Positions 8,553 to 18,029 of a stretch of 64,000 bases of DNA are shown one piece after another. The position numbers and the translations under genes are program-made. Below the pieces are notes generated by a model that worked only from the letters and a program-made list of their open reading frames with translations, did not search any database and was not told the origin of the DNA. Positions within the stretch are counted from its first letter, which is position 1. Each line of letters opens with the position of its first letter. The stretch is from a virus, in the IMG/VR virus record IMGVR_UViG_3300049445_000358; one strand, given 5' to 3'.

Positions 8553-9044
8553 GTGAAGAAGGCATTAAGTGCATTGGCCTTACTGGTGAACCTTGGCCTG
8601 GCCAGCCTAACCCCTGCCAAGGCTCAGACATACAACTACTTCCCGGCAGCGGGATCGCCGACGCAGTGGACTGTCTACCGGTCAGACGGCAACTACGCCG
8701 GCTACGACACCAACAACGGGTTCGTGCCAAATTGGAACACCTCGTACCTCTGGTACAGCGATCCGACAACGGCAACGAATCTAGCCTGGGCTCTGCAGAA
8801 CAAGCAACGGACGGGCGCCAGTGCGACGGCCCTGCAAAGAGCTTGGCAACCGGTCGGCTCGGGCGGGTACTTCAAGATCTTCTACCAGGACGGCAACCCG
8901 CCGACCCACGTTGAGATACTATGTACCCTCAGCTCTAACGGGTCGCAGTTCTTTTCGGGTTCCGGCTGCGGCTGGGGAGGCAGTGGGTACGAGACGCAGT
9001 TCAATGCGCCGGACAGCCTCTTCATCTCCCAACTGCCGAACTAA
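8553..9044 (+). CDS. Secreted/periplasmic protein
   Basis: GGAG RBS, GTG start, signal peptide KKALSALALLVNLGLASLTPAKA|QT. Confidence 0.7.
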   Translation: MKKALSALALLVNLGLASLTPAKAQTYNYFPAAGSPTQWTVYRSDGNYAGYDTNNGFVPNWNTSYLWYSDPTTATNLAWALQNKQRTGASATALQRAWQPVGSGGYFKIFYQDGNPPTHVEILCTLSSNGSQFFSGSGCGWGGSGYETQFNAPDSLFISQLPN

Positions 9045-9052
9045 CTAAGGGG

Positions 9053-9080
9053 AGAGGGTGGCTAGCACCACCCTCTTCTA
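9053..9080 (+). terminator. Possible terminator or processing hairpin
   Basis: AGAGGGTGG-ctagca-CCACCCTCT 9-bp stem; weak U tract. Confidence 0.45.
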
Positions 9081-9098
9081 ACCATACAGAGGTCCAAC

Positions 9099-9476
9099 AT
9101 GGATGCATACCAGGCGCAAGAGCTAACTAACAAGGCTCTGTCGGATAAAATGTCGAAGGAGCAGGCGGAGGCCCGCCAGAAGGAGCTTGACCGGCAGTCG
9201 GCCATAGCTGAGGCCAAACGAGGGGCTGCTGCTCATCTGGACTCCTTGGCAGACAGAATTGCCGAGGAGGCCAACAAGGGTTACCGGGAGATCCGGTTGT
9301 CCTACAACGAGGGGACGGACGCTCTGAAGTTCCAAGCTCTGGCTGAGGAAGCTCAGCATCGGGGTTTCCACACCAAGTTCCACGTGAGTGAAACTGACTA
9401 CGGTGACTCCGCAGCTCCAGCTTGGAGCACCGACTACTACCTAATCATCTCATGGGGTCCAGTCAATGTCAGGTGA
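9099..9476 (+). CDS. Hypothetical protein
   Basis: GAGG RBS, 125 aa. Confidence 0.7.
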   Translation: MDAYQAQELTNKALSDKMSKEQAEARQKELDRQSAIAEAKRGAAAHLDSLADRIAEEANKGYREIRLSYNEGTDALKFQALAEEAQHRGFHTKFHVSETDYGDSAAPAWSTDYYLIISWGPVNVR

Positions 9477-9699
9477 AGGTGAAGCAGCAGGCCGTCGAGT
9501 TGACGCCTATCTCCAAACGGTCAGCCGGCTCGAACCGGATATCAGCATGACCGACCCTGGGGCGTACGGGACGAGCATGGCCATCAGCCTCAAGCGGATC
9601 GCCGACCAGCTATCCTTTCTTGATCAGATCAACGATCACCTCAGGTCCATCCGTATCCTCCTTGAAGAGGAGGTAGCCTACAGAAGAGCGCGAGAATGA
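9466..9699 (+). CDS. Hypothetical protein
   Basis: Packed ORF. Confidence 0.6.
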   Translation: MSGEGEAAGRRVDAYLQTVSRLEPDISMTDPGAYGTSMAISLKRIADQLSFLDQINDHLRSIRILLEEEVAYRRARE

Positions 9700-9962
9700 A
9701 GACTAGTATCTTCGACTCGGAGGGTCTGCAAGACATTGCCAGGCGTCGGGCCGAAATAAACATATTGGAGGCACGTGGCTGTCAGAGGTGCGGCAATACG
9801 ATCGGTGTCGTTAGGTATCACCAGCGCACCATGTACAACTACGAAGGCACGCCAGGCGATAAGAACGACCCCAACATGGTGAGTCTATGCCCTCCCTGTA
9901 CCAAAGAGAACGACGAGTACTGGGAGGCCATGTGGGACGAGTACTACAGAGGGTGTCTCTGA
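9696..9962 (+). CDS. Small Cys-motif (zinc-binding, HNH-like) protein
   Basis: CQRCG ... LCPPC; ATGA overlap with the upstream ORF. Confidence 0.55.
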   Translation: MKTSIFDSEGLQDIARRRAEINILEARGCQRCGNTIGVVRYHQRTMYNYEGTPGDKNDPNMVSLCPPCTKENDEYWEAMWDEYYRGCL

Positions 9963-10357
9963 TGAAGTGGAACGAATCGCCAGTCGGAGAGTATTGGTAT
10001 CGCTATGAGGACAGGAGGTACGCTCCGCCTGTCAACGAGTACGACGAGGTCGTCGGAGTGGGGTCATTAAAGGTCCACCTCCGAGAGTTCCCAGTGGTAA
10101 GACACACCCCCAAAGGGGTGATACTAGGAGGGGCCTCAGACTCGTATCACCGCAACTTCGAGAGGTTCGTCTGTCACGAGTGGACCAAGAAATTTGCCTG
10201 CAAGACGATCGAGGAGGCCCAAGCGTCCTTCCTTGCCCGGAAGGCCCGCCAAATCCACATCTACCAAGCTCGACTTCGAGATGCCGAACTAGCCGTCAGC
10301 CTAATGAAGCGAATGCAGCTGACTGATGCCAAGGAGCTAGTAGATTTCAGATGGTGA
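9962..10357 (+). CDS. Hypothetical protein
   Basis: ATG overlaps the upstream TGA. Confidence 0.65.
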   Translation: MKWNESPVGEYWYRYEDRRYAPPVNEYDEVVGVGSLKVHLREFPVVRHTPKGVILGGASDSYHRNFERFVCHEWTKKFACKTIEEAQASFLARKARQIHIYQARLRDAELAVSLMKRMQLTDAKELVDFRW

Positions 10358-10360
10358 CTC

Positions 10361-10501
10361 ATGCTAACCCCTGAAGAACTACACGTCAGGTTCATGATCA
10401 CATGGCTAAGCTTGACTGCTGGCGGCATGTTCTTATTCCTGTTTGTTATATTCCTCTCCGTGTACATGGGCTGGATAGAAGGACCAAGGAGCCTAGACTA
10501 A
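10361..10501 (+). CDS. Small membrane protein (46 aa, not in the ORF track)
   Basis: MLTPEELHVRFMITWLSLTAGGMFLFLFVIFLSVYMGWIEGPRSLD fills the gap between genes. Confidence 0.55.
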   Translation: MLTPEELHVRFMITWLSLTAGGMFLFLFVIFLSVYMGWIEGPRSLD

Positions 10502-10502
10502 G

Positions 10503-10763
10503 ATGGTAATGAAGCCGGGAGCAGCTGAGGCTGCTAGGTTCACCTATGTAAGGCCGCTTGCTGAAGACTCATGTACTCACTTCCTATTTCCACACGTAGT
10601 ATTCAATAGGTCAGGGTACAAAGCGTTACTCCGATGCCGCTGCATGAAGCATAAGATCCTTGGGGAAAGGGAGTACTCGAGGCCTGAGGAGGCTCTGAAG
10701 GCTGCCGAAGTGTTATGTGACAGGTGGCTAGCAGAGAGGTCGACCAGCTATAAGCCTCCATAA
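10503..10763 (+). CDS. Hypothetical protein
   Basis: Packed ORF. Confidence 0.55.
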   Translation: MVMKPGAAEAARFTYVRPLAEDSCTHFLFPHVVFNRSGYKALLRCRCMKHKILGEREYSRPEEALKAAEVLCDRWLAERSTSYKPP

Positions 10764-10767
10764 GAAT

Positions 10768-10813
10768 GACCATATTTTTGGCCGAGATTACCTCGAGGCG
10801 AATATTTTATAAT
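10768..10813 (+). promoter_or_regulatory. Box-type promoter P2 (no canonical -35)
   Basis: GACCATATTTTTGGCCGAG box, TATAAT starting 40 nt after the box start; near-identical layout at 29235. Confidence 0.75.
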
Positions 10814-10845
10814 TGATAACAATTCAAACCTGTAGAGGCATACAG

Positions 10846-11307
10846 ATGGCGCGCACAACACAGAGGATGCCAGATCTCTCGAACGCTACAGCTGGCGGCA
10901 TCGTCGATATGTGTGCGCCGGACCAGGCTGAGTACAATCGGCTTGACAAGTTGACCAAATACTACAAAGCGGGACTGAAAGCCCGTCTCACTGAGGACAT
11001 GAGGATCGACGTGTACACCCACATAGTCCGAGGTGAGAACTTCACAGCAGTCATCTCGGAGAAGACCCGTACCGGGTTCTCCGTAGCAAGGGCTGTAGAG
11101 CTGGGGTACCTGACACAGGAGCAGATTGAAGAATGCATGGTTACCGGCGAACCATATCAGGAGTGCCGCTTTGCTCCGAACGAGAAGACGGACCAGCAGC
11201 TCAAGCAGGAGGTTGCCTATAATGCACCTTCAACCCGCCAGCAGAACTCTGACACCCTCACTGCAGCCCTGAAAGAATCATTGAAGTCCGAAGGAGTCAC
11301 GGAATGA
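10846..11307 (+). CDS. Hypothetical protein
   Basis: AGAGG RBS; first gene after P2. Confidence 0.7.
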   Translation: MARTTQRMPDLSNATAGGIVDMCAPDQAEYNRLDKLTKYYKAGLKARLTEDMRIDVYTHIVRGENFTAVISEKTRTGFSVARAVELGYLTQEQIEECMVTGEPYQECRFAPNEKTDQQLKQEVAYNAPSTRQQNSDTLTAALKESLKSEGVTE

Positions 11308-11687
11308 GCGACTATCTGGAAGAAGAGGTGGAAGAGGAGCTGTCTGCAGTTCCCATTCCCGGTCTGAGCAAGGAAGAACAGCTCAGGATCCGCATCTTGG
11401 ATACCTTGGAGATCTACCCGAGGTTGTCCCCCAGCATGCTCCAGGCGGGCATCGGGCCACATAACAGCCCTCGCATCTGGCGGCCCATCATGGAGCAGCT
11501 GATCAACTCGGGGATCATCATCCGTGGGCAAGAGTCCCACCAGAGTGAGCTCGGCCGCTACCGGACTATCATTGTATTGTCCCTGTCGGACAAGTACCGG
11601 GAAGAGCGTATCCAACAGCTGAGGGAGCAGGCCACCTCTCTGGAAGCTAGCAGCGAAAACGGAGAGCTACTTTCCCGTACTGTCTAG
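11304..11687 (+). CDS. Putative winged-helix DNA-binding protein
   Basis: RILDTLEIYPRLSPSML...IMEQLINSGII; directly upstream of the primase. Confidence 0.5.
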   Translation: MSDYLEEEVEEELSAVPIPGLSKEEQLRIRILDTLEIYPRLSPSMLQAGIGPHNSPRIWRPIMEQLINSGIIIRGQESHQSELGRYRTIIVLSLSDKYREERIQQLREQATSLEASSENGELLSRTV

Positions 11688-11729
11688 CCGGCTGTCTGTT
11701 CCGTACGTTACGACAGGACAACATAACCT

Positions 11730-14597
11730 GTGGCACAAGAAGGTCGTGGGGGAGCGCCCTCTGGGTTTATAGGCAGGTCGACACAGTCGGACCTGCACCG
11801 CATGACGACTACCGAGAATGAGAGGCTTAATGGTGCTAACGGTAAGGTAGAAGGGCAAGGTCCGACGTCAGGCCACATCGAGCTTGAAGCCGAGTCGAGT
11901 CTAATAGTCGTAAGAGATCTAAAGAAGTCGGGGTTAGAACCTAGGGACATCCAGGCTAGGATACTGGGGTCGCCAGAAAGGGCTGCTTGTAGAGTTCCGA
12001 TGAAGGCGGAAGGGTACGTCATACCTTACTTCGACATCTCGGGAGCTCCCCTGACATTCTACCGGTCTCGCATCTTGAACGCCGACTTCTCGACAAACGG
12101 CGTCAAATACAAGCAACCCGCGAAGACACCCAATCACATCTACTTCCCAAGGAACTTTCGGGCTACGTTGCAGCGCCATGTGCGATCTCCAGGTCCGAAA
12201 GTCTTGATCATCACAGAAGGTGAGAAGAAGTCCGCCTGTGCAGATAAGTTCGGCTATCCTACAGTAGCCCTCAGCGGTGTTGACTCTTGGCGATCACGTA
12301 CTATTGTTCTACCTGAAGACACCGAGTTCTACAGTCAAACCGACGATGACAGTGGAGGCGGAGGCAGGCGTAAAGGTCCGGTGAGAGCAAGACTCCCCTC
12401 AACTGATACGTCAGTACCTGAACTGGTGACATTGGCCAGAGGGTTTGGAGACCTCGTCGATACTATTACCCAGCATAAGCTCCACCCGATCATCGTGTAC
12501 GATTCTGATCGTGTTGGGACCGTCAAGGCCGAGGTTCAACGGGCGGCAACCATGCTAGCCTATGAGCTGGTGTTCTTGGGCATCCATGCGACTATGATCA
12601 AGCAGGTTGTCCTCCCGTCATTGATCCAAGAGCCAATACCGGAGGGAGCGGACGAGGACTCGGAGGAGTTCAAGACTGGCCTCGACGACTACATCATGGA
12701 CAGAGGACCGGAACAACTCCAGCGATTGATCGAACGGGCACTGCAAGACCCAAAGGCGTTCCCTCGGCATCCCAACCCGAAAGGGTTCATAAGTACCCAG
12801 CTCCAAGGGAAGATGAGCCGGAAGTCGATGCAGCAGGTTGCGTCGATGATCTTGACAGAGTTAGACGCCGGAGGTATGCGCCTCATCGACACGATCACCA
12901 ACATCCCATACTACTTCGATCGTGAGACAGCGATCCTCATACCTGCTAAACTCCAGGACAACAAGACCGTCCCGTTTCACGAGCAGAAGTTCGGGCAGCT
13001 ACTGTATAAGAAGTATGGCATCTCTGCGAACGATGCCAGAGTACTAACGTGGTTGGCATCACAATTCACTGGTGAGGAACCCCTCTCAGAAGTGACACCC
13101 CGTAGGGTACTGTGCCTCATTACCGATAAGGAGGATGCCCTTAATCCCACCGGTATTGCCTATCAAGCATCGGACTCTCAGTACTTCGCAATCAGCCCCG
13201 ACCCGAAGAACCCAATCGAAGTACTGACTAACGGGGCTAAGGGGATCCTATTTGAACAAGACCAAGTTGAACCTCTAGACATCGAACAAGTCCTCGAGCA
13301 CTTCGACCACCAACTCTCGGAGAGCATTCATGCTGGGAAGCTAAGCGGATGGTGGATGGAGGTCATCAACCAGTCGACCATCGGCATGGGAGCACCCGAA
13401 CAACCAGTCAATGACCAACCGAACTCTGATGGGTTGATCGACCTCTCAGAACCAGAACTCCCGCCTGATCAGAGAGCAGTCGTCACCGAGACAGGTAAGG
13501 AGATGCGAGCATATGCGGCTCTTCTCACGTACATTAGTCCTTTTCTTTTGCGCTGGCGCGGCCTCCAACTCCCTATTGAACTCACCGTTGGTCCGGCTGG
13601 TTCTGGCAAGTCAAGCTTGTACAGCCTCAGGCTTCAAGTTCTCACAGGAAGGCCTAAACTGCGCAACATCCCTACGGACATCAGGGACTGGCAAGCTTCT
13701 CTGGCCCACTCAGGCGGTCTACATGTGGTGGACAACGTCCACTTCATGAACCGGGAGCTCAAGCAGCGCATCTCGGACGAGCTATGTCGAGTGACCACTG
13801 AGCCCAACCCGCACATCGAAATGCGAAAGTACTTCACGAACACTGACGAGCTGAGGTTTCCTGTAAGAGCGGCATTTGCGTTCACAGCCATCCAGCCTCC
13901 ATTCCTCAATGAGGACTTGATCCAAAGGTCGGTCACTTTCAAGACAGCCTTTGTCGAGCGAGAGCCTGAAGGGGATTGGGTCACGGACACCCTGGAGGAA
14001 AGAGGCGGGAGGGAAGCTTGGGTCGCACACCACCTGGTGTTCCTGCATCTCTTCCTGAAACAAGTGTGGGAACCAGACTTCCGAACGCAACACCGGCTAG
14101 CCCATCTCGAACAAGCTCTGACAGTAGCATCCCGCGTGCTCGACTTAGACAACTTATCGCAAGAGGTCTTCGCGGACTACCACGAACATATGTCGGTGAT
14201 AGGCCAGGTCGATCCTACCAAGGACGTAACACCAGCGCCTATTGAGATCCAACAGTTAGTACCTCCATCGCCACCCCCGGGTCAAGTATTCGGTCAGACG
14301 CTCCTGCGAAACCAAGCAACACAGATTGCAGCAACGGACTGGGTGCTCCAGGGGATCAGAGACTTCTTAGCCCACAGATTCCCCAATCTCCAGGGCGAGT
14401 CAGAACGGTTTGGTGCGGGAGACGTTTCTGATTGGTGCATGGGTCAGGATGAGTACCAGGACAATGAGATCCTCACTAACTCCCGCAAGCTTGGGAAGTA
14501 CATGTCTGATAGGATCTCGACCTTGAGTATGGTCCTAAATATCAGGTCAGCTGGTTCGTTCCAGAACAAACAGACCTATCGCCAACACAGCAGGTGA
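11730..14597 (+). CDS. Toprim (DUF3854-like) primase fused to a P-loop helicase
   Basis: Toprim ITEGEKKS, LSGVDSW, YDSD, GLDDY; Walker A GPAGSGKS, Walker B VVDN; start uncertain. Confidence 0.8.
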   Translation: MAQEGRGGAPSGFIGRSTQSDLHRMTTTENERLNGANGKVEGQGPTSGHIELEAESSLIVVRDLKKSGLEPRDIQARILGSPERAACRVPMKAEGYVIPYFDISGAPLTFYRSRILNADFSTNGVKYKQPAKTPNHIYFPRNFRATLQRHVRSPGPKVLIITEGEKKSACADKFGYPTVALSGVDSWRSRTIVLPEDTEFYSQTDDDSGGGGRRKGPVRARLPSTDTSVPELVTLARGFGDLVDTITQHKLHPIIVYDSDRVGTVKAEVQRAATMLAYELVFLGIHATMIKQVVLPSLIQEPIPEGADEDSEEFKTGLDDYIMDRGPEQLQRLIERALQDPKAFPRHPNPKGFISTQLQGKMSRKSMQQVASMILTELDAGGMRLIDTITNIPYYFDRETAILIPAKLQDNKTVPFHEQKFGQLLYKKYGISANDARVLTWLASQFTGEEPLSEVTPRRVLCLITDKEDALNPTGIAYQASDSQYFAISPDPKNPIEVLTNGAKGILFEQDQVEPLDIEQVLEHFDHQLSESIHAGKLSGWWMEVINQSTIGMGAPEQPVNDQPNSDGLIDLSEPELPPDQRAVVTETGKEMRAYAALLTYISPFLLRWRGLQLPIELTVGPAGSGKSSLYSLRLQVLTGRPKLRNIPTDIRDWQASLAHSGGLHVVDNVHFMNRELKQRISDELCRVTTEPNPHIEMRKYFTNTDELRFPVRAAFAFTAIQPPFLNEDLIQRSVTFKTAFVEREPEGDWVTDTLEERGGREAWVAHHLVFLHLFLKQVWEPDFRTQHRLAHLEQALTVASRVLDLDNLSQEVFADYHEHMSVIGQVDPTKDVTPAPIEIQQLVPPSPPPGQVFGQTLLRNQATQIAATDWVLQGIRDFLAHRFPNLQGESERFGAGDVSDWCMGQDEYQDNEILTNSRKLGKYMSDRISTLSMVLNIRSAGSFQNKQTYRQHSR

Positions 14598-15394
14598 TGA
14601 GAGATACTATGGGAGTAATGTCGGATCTGGAAACACTGGCTGCGATCGACGACGGTCGTGTCATCATCTGGCCCTTCGATCGGCAATCACTCAATACCAG
14701 CTCGTACGACATTCGCCTTGGTGAATTCTACTACGAGGAACACCGTCCGTCCCTTGCCACGAGGGCCCGCGCTTTACTGACTCCGAAGCGCGCAATGGTT
14801 TTCAACCCGTACGACAAAGAGCATGTCGATCGAGTCTGGGGCAAGGACGAAGATTTCCTACGAGCAAAGCCAGCCAAGGAAGTCTTGAGGTCCTATATCT
14901 CGTCGGACTGGATGGGGATCGAACAGCGTGACCTCCTAACTACAGGGATTCATCCAGACGACCTCATCATCCTGGTGGGTCCGCGACGTACCATCCTAGC
15001 CCACTCCCAGGAGTTCATCGGGGGCGTACGCTACGCCACTTCCATGATGAAAGCAAGGTCGAGCTGGGGGCGAAGCTTCGTCGAGGTATGCAAGTGTGCT
15101 GGCTGGGGTGACATCGGGTTCTTCAATCGCTGGACAATGGAGATCACGAACAACTCCTACTGGTACTCCATCCCCCTAGTAGTAGGCAGGCGGATCGCAC
15201 AGATTGCCCTCCTGACCACTGGTGAGATCCAGGGAGACTCCTACTCGACGGAGCAATCCAAGTACCAGACGTCCGAGAAGCTCGATGACGTCATCACTAC
15301 TTGGCATCCCCGCCTACTCAAACCAGGCTTGTGGCGTGACAGAGACATCGTGCGGATGCCTGCAATGCCTGAGCAACTTCCTCTAGCGGCCTAA
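14594..15394 (+). CDS. dcd: dCTP deaminase family
   Basis: SSYDIRLG, ARSSWGR, AGWGDIGF, TMEITN, RRIAQI. Confidence 0.85.
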   Translation: MMRDTMGVMSDLETLAAIDDGRVIIWPFDRQSLNTSSYDIRLGEFYYEEHRPSLATRARALLTPKRAMVFNPYDKEHVDRVWGKDEDFLRAKPAKEVLRSYISSDWMGIEQRDLLTTGIHPDDLIILVGPRRTILAHSQEFIGGVRYATSMMKARSSWGRSFVEVCKCAGWGDIGFFNRWTMEITNNSYWYSIPLVVGRRIAQIALLTTGEIQGDSYSTEQSKYQTSEKLDDVITTWHPRLLKPGLWRDRDIVRMPAMPEQLPLAA

Positions 15395-15397
15395 TAC

Positions 15398-15862
15398 ATG
15401 CCCAACCACGGTAAGGGTCCTCCTAAGAAGCAGTTCTGCCCTAAAGGTCATGATACCTTTAAGGTAGGAAGGACCCGGAATGGCCGATGTAGAGATTGTA
15501 ACGACATTCGATATGCATCACGCACAGATCAAGAGCGCAGGGATGAACGACGTCGCCGAAGGTATAGGCAGCAGAGAGCCATAGTCGAGAAGTGTGCCCA
15601 AGTAGCCTCTAACTACCTATCATCGTTCCCTAACGACTTCATCGGTGCAGTAGAAGCGGCGTTCCAAGTTCTTCCTGATCATGCCCGTACGATGCTTGTA
15701 CCTTCTCCAGAGACAATAGCTGCCCTTAAGAGGCCCGACTATGAAGATTACTCTCTGCGGCTCCACCAAGTTCGAAGGTCTGTTCTTCGCTTGGGACAAA
15801 GCTCTAACGACAATGGGTCACATCGTCTACAGTCTGGGAGCCTTCCCAGCAGTAGAGAATAA
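15398..15862 (+). CDS. Hypothetical protein with an N-terminal zinc motif
   Basis: CPKGH...GRCRDC. Confidence 0.55.
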   Translation: MPNHGKGPPKKQFCPKGHDTFKVGRTRNGRCRDCNDIRYASRTDQERRDERRRRRYRQQRAIVEKCAQVASNYLSSFPNDFIGAVEAAFQVLPDHARTMLVPSPETIAALKRPDYEDYSLRLHQVRRSVLRLGQSSNDNGSHRLQSGSLPSSRE

Positions 15863-16181
15863 GGACCGAGAGAGCAAAGGCTATCTGACGGATGAACAGA
15901 AGGAGATCTTCGATCTAGTCTACTATGCCAAGATTGAGGAGTCCGACGCCATCCTAGTCCTCAATCCGGGCAACTACATCGGTGAGAGCTGCCGGCGAGA
16001 AATAGCCTGGGCCCGTATCCGGAATAAGAAGGTCTACTGGCTGAAGGCTCCAGTATTAGGACCTGGAGAAGCCTGGATCGAGGGAGAAACCAGCGTCGAT
16101 AGTATACCAGGCTTCCAACGGTACACCTATAAATATGGGCTGCCTGAGCAGTTCAATGGTGATGGTAGTGATCCCCGATGA
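15741..16181 (+). CDS. Nucleoside 2-deoxyribosyltransferase-like protein
   Basis: ITLCGST...KIEESDAILVLN...YIGESCRREIAWA. Confidence 0.65.
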   Translation: MKITLCGSTKFEGLFFAWDKALTTMGHIVYSLGAFPAVENKDRESKGYLTDEQKEIFDLVYYAKIEESDAILVLNPGNYIGESCRREIAWARIRNKKVYWLKAPVLGPGEAWIEGETSVDSIPGFQRYTYKYGLPEQFNGDGSDPR

Positions 16182-16444
16182 ACATCCAACGTATCCAAGG
16201 GGCCACAAGAGTCCTAGGTAAGTCGCAGGGCTACCTAGGTTTGCCAGTCAGAGACCAGGTTATGGACTGCCCTCCAGCTGGGATAGTCCCAACCATGACG
16301 ACAGCGTGGGAACCTACTCCGGACGAGCTGGAGGCTATAGCTAGAGGCGCTCCAGTCTACGTCAGAATCTTCGGTACAATGCATCCACCCATCACCGTAT
16401 ACGTAGGCGAACCCCCAGGGGACGAGGACAATGTTGGAACTTGA
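16178..16444 (+). CDS. Conserved phage hypothetical protein
   Basis: AWEPTPDELEAIARGAPV...HPP; ATGA overlap. Confidence 0.7.
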   Translation: MNIQRIQGATRVLGKSQGYLGLPVRDQVMDCPPAGIVPTMTTAWEPTPDELEAIARGAPVYVRIFGTMHPPITVYVGEPPGDEDNVGT

Positions 16445-16808
16445 TCCGGGCCACAGGTACCTCCTGGACATCCTAGACGGGCCTCCCGATGAGAAGGTCG
16501 TCAAGGAATATGTCAAGCGTGAAGGGCCGAACTACCCAGGCAACGTAGGCCATCATTCAGGTCCGACGCTGCAGGAGAACTGGCGTGCCGATATCGCACG
16601 GCTCCAACACGTGAACTCCCAGATCCCGTGCAACGAAACCTTAGCTGCTATCAGCCTTCTGAGGCAAGCTATGTTCCTACTGGAAAGCAGAGCCAAGAGG
16701 ACTCACGGGCAAGTTCTGCCTTGTGTTGACCTTGACACGATCGAGCATTATCCCACCTGCAAAACCTGCGGTCATATCCTCTGCACCATCCACCAAGGGG
16801 CTTTATGA
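16431..16808 (+). CDS. Hypothetical protein
   Basis: Packed ORF, C-terminal CKTCGH. Confidence 0.65.
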   Translation: MLELDPGHRYLLDILDGPPDEKVVKEYVKREGPNYPGNVGHHSGPTLQENWRADIARLQHVNSQIPCNETLAAISLLRQAMFLLESRAKRTHGQVLPCVDLDTIEHYPTCKTCGHILCTIHQGAL

Positions 16809-17338
16809 TGCCAGCCAAACCAGATCTGTGTGTCGACTTCGACGGTGTCATCCACTCCTACACCTCAGGATGGCATGGATCACACATCGTAGCTGACCCT
16901 CCTGTCCCAGGAGTCTTCCAATGGCTCTATAGGGCTCAACAGTACTGGAGGGTGAATATCTATTCCTCACGCTCAAAAGAAGCGGCAGGCATTCAAGCGA
17001 TGAAGCTCTACTGTAAGGAACATGCGACCAAAGAGCTACAAACACCATCTGCGATCAAGGACTTCCTGCAGAACCTACAATGGCCGACGCAGAAGCCTGC
17101 AGCCAACATGACGATCGATGATCGAGCATTCTGCTTCCAAGGCAACTGGGACGATCCGGCTCTCGACCCTCGAGTGCTTCTGCAGTTCAAACCGTGGAAC
17201 AAGCGCGGCCCGGAGACTCGTACCCTTCCGTTTCACATTCAACACTTGATCGACGCCATCAACATTGACCAGAAGGACCTGGCTATCCACTTGGAGGCCT
17301 CCATCCTCAAGGAATTGTACGGACCTGTGACAAGGTGA
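16805..17338 (+). CDS. HAD-superfamily phosphatase
   Basis: Motif I DFDGV, motif II YSSR, KP...IDDR. Confidence 0.8.
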   Translation: MMPAKPDLCVDFDGVIHSYTSGWHGSHIVADPPVPGVFQWLYRAQQYWRVNIYSSRSKEAAGIQAMKLYCKEHATKELQTPSAIKDFLQNLQWPTQKPAANMTIDDRAFCFQGNWDDPALDPRVLLQFKPWNKRGPETRTLPFHIQHLIDAINIDQKDLAIHLEASILKELYGPVTR

Positions 17339-17355
17339 CCCGACCAATTTCCACG

Positions 17356-17423
17356 GACCATAATTTTACCCTAGAGGAACCGCAAAATAACTCTTGCGTG
17401 CCCCTTAGGATCTATTGTATAAT
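17356..17423 (+). promoter_or_regulatory. Promoter P3 with upstream box
   Basis: Box GACCATAATTTTACCCTAG (17356-74); AAAATAACTCTTG shared with P1; TTGCGT-18-TATAAT. Confidence 0.8.
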
Positions 17424-17483
17424 CTATTTGTAAGTTGGAGCTTACAAGCTTCAATGGGTACTAGATCAAGGAGAGGACAAGTT

Positions 17484-18029
17484 ATGGCACAAGGACAACA
17501 GGATCGCCCGCAGGAAGCCATTCGCGAACCGGGTGCAGGGGCGTCGACCACGACCACATCGCCGGCGGCTTTGGCGACGGGATCGATGGCGAATACGGGA
17601 ACGGTTGCCCCGACGACTGCGGCTCCGACCGACGGCAAGCCGGCGCCGACCGAAGAGCAGCTGCGTGCGGCTCGCGAGGTCGTTGCTCGGGCGAAGCAGG
17701 CGGGCGTCAAGCTGACGGCGTCGGGTGGGGGTCAGGCCCGCATCATGCTGCCGAACGGCGAATCGCGCGCTGCCTACATCAAGCGCCGGTGGGCCGAGAA
17801 GGCGGAACGCGCCACGATCGTGAAGGAGATCCAGAGCGCCGGCCCGCCGCACGACAAGTGCACCTACCAGATCGTCTTCGCCGCGACCAAGGGCCTCCCC
17901 GGCGGTCCCGACAAGGACAAGCCGACGGGCGATGACGGCAAGACCTATTCGCTGCAGCCGCCGAAGCCTGGCGCGTCGCCGGCAGCCTCGCAGACGAACC
18001 AGGGTGCATCGGCAGCCGCCGCGGAGTAA
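17484..18029 (+). CDS. Probably abundant DNA-binding or nucleoid protein with low-complexity A/T/P tails
   Basis: AAGGAG RBS, GC3-rich codons, core SRAAYIKRRW...TYQIVFAAT. Confidence 0.65.
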   Translation: MAQGQQDRPQEAIREPGAGASTTTTSPAALATGSMANTGTVAPTTAAPTDGKPAPTEEQLRAAREVVARAKQAGVKLTASGGGQARIMLPNGESRAAYIKRRWAEKAERATIVKEIQSAGPPHDKCTYQIVFAATKGLPGGPDKDKPTGDDGKTYSLQPPKPGASPAASQTNQGASAAAAE

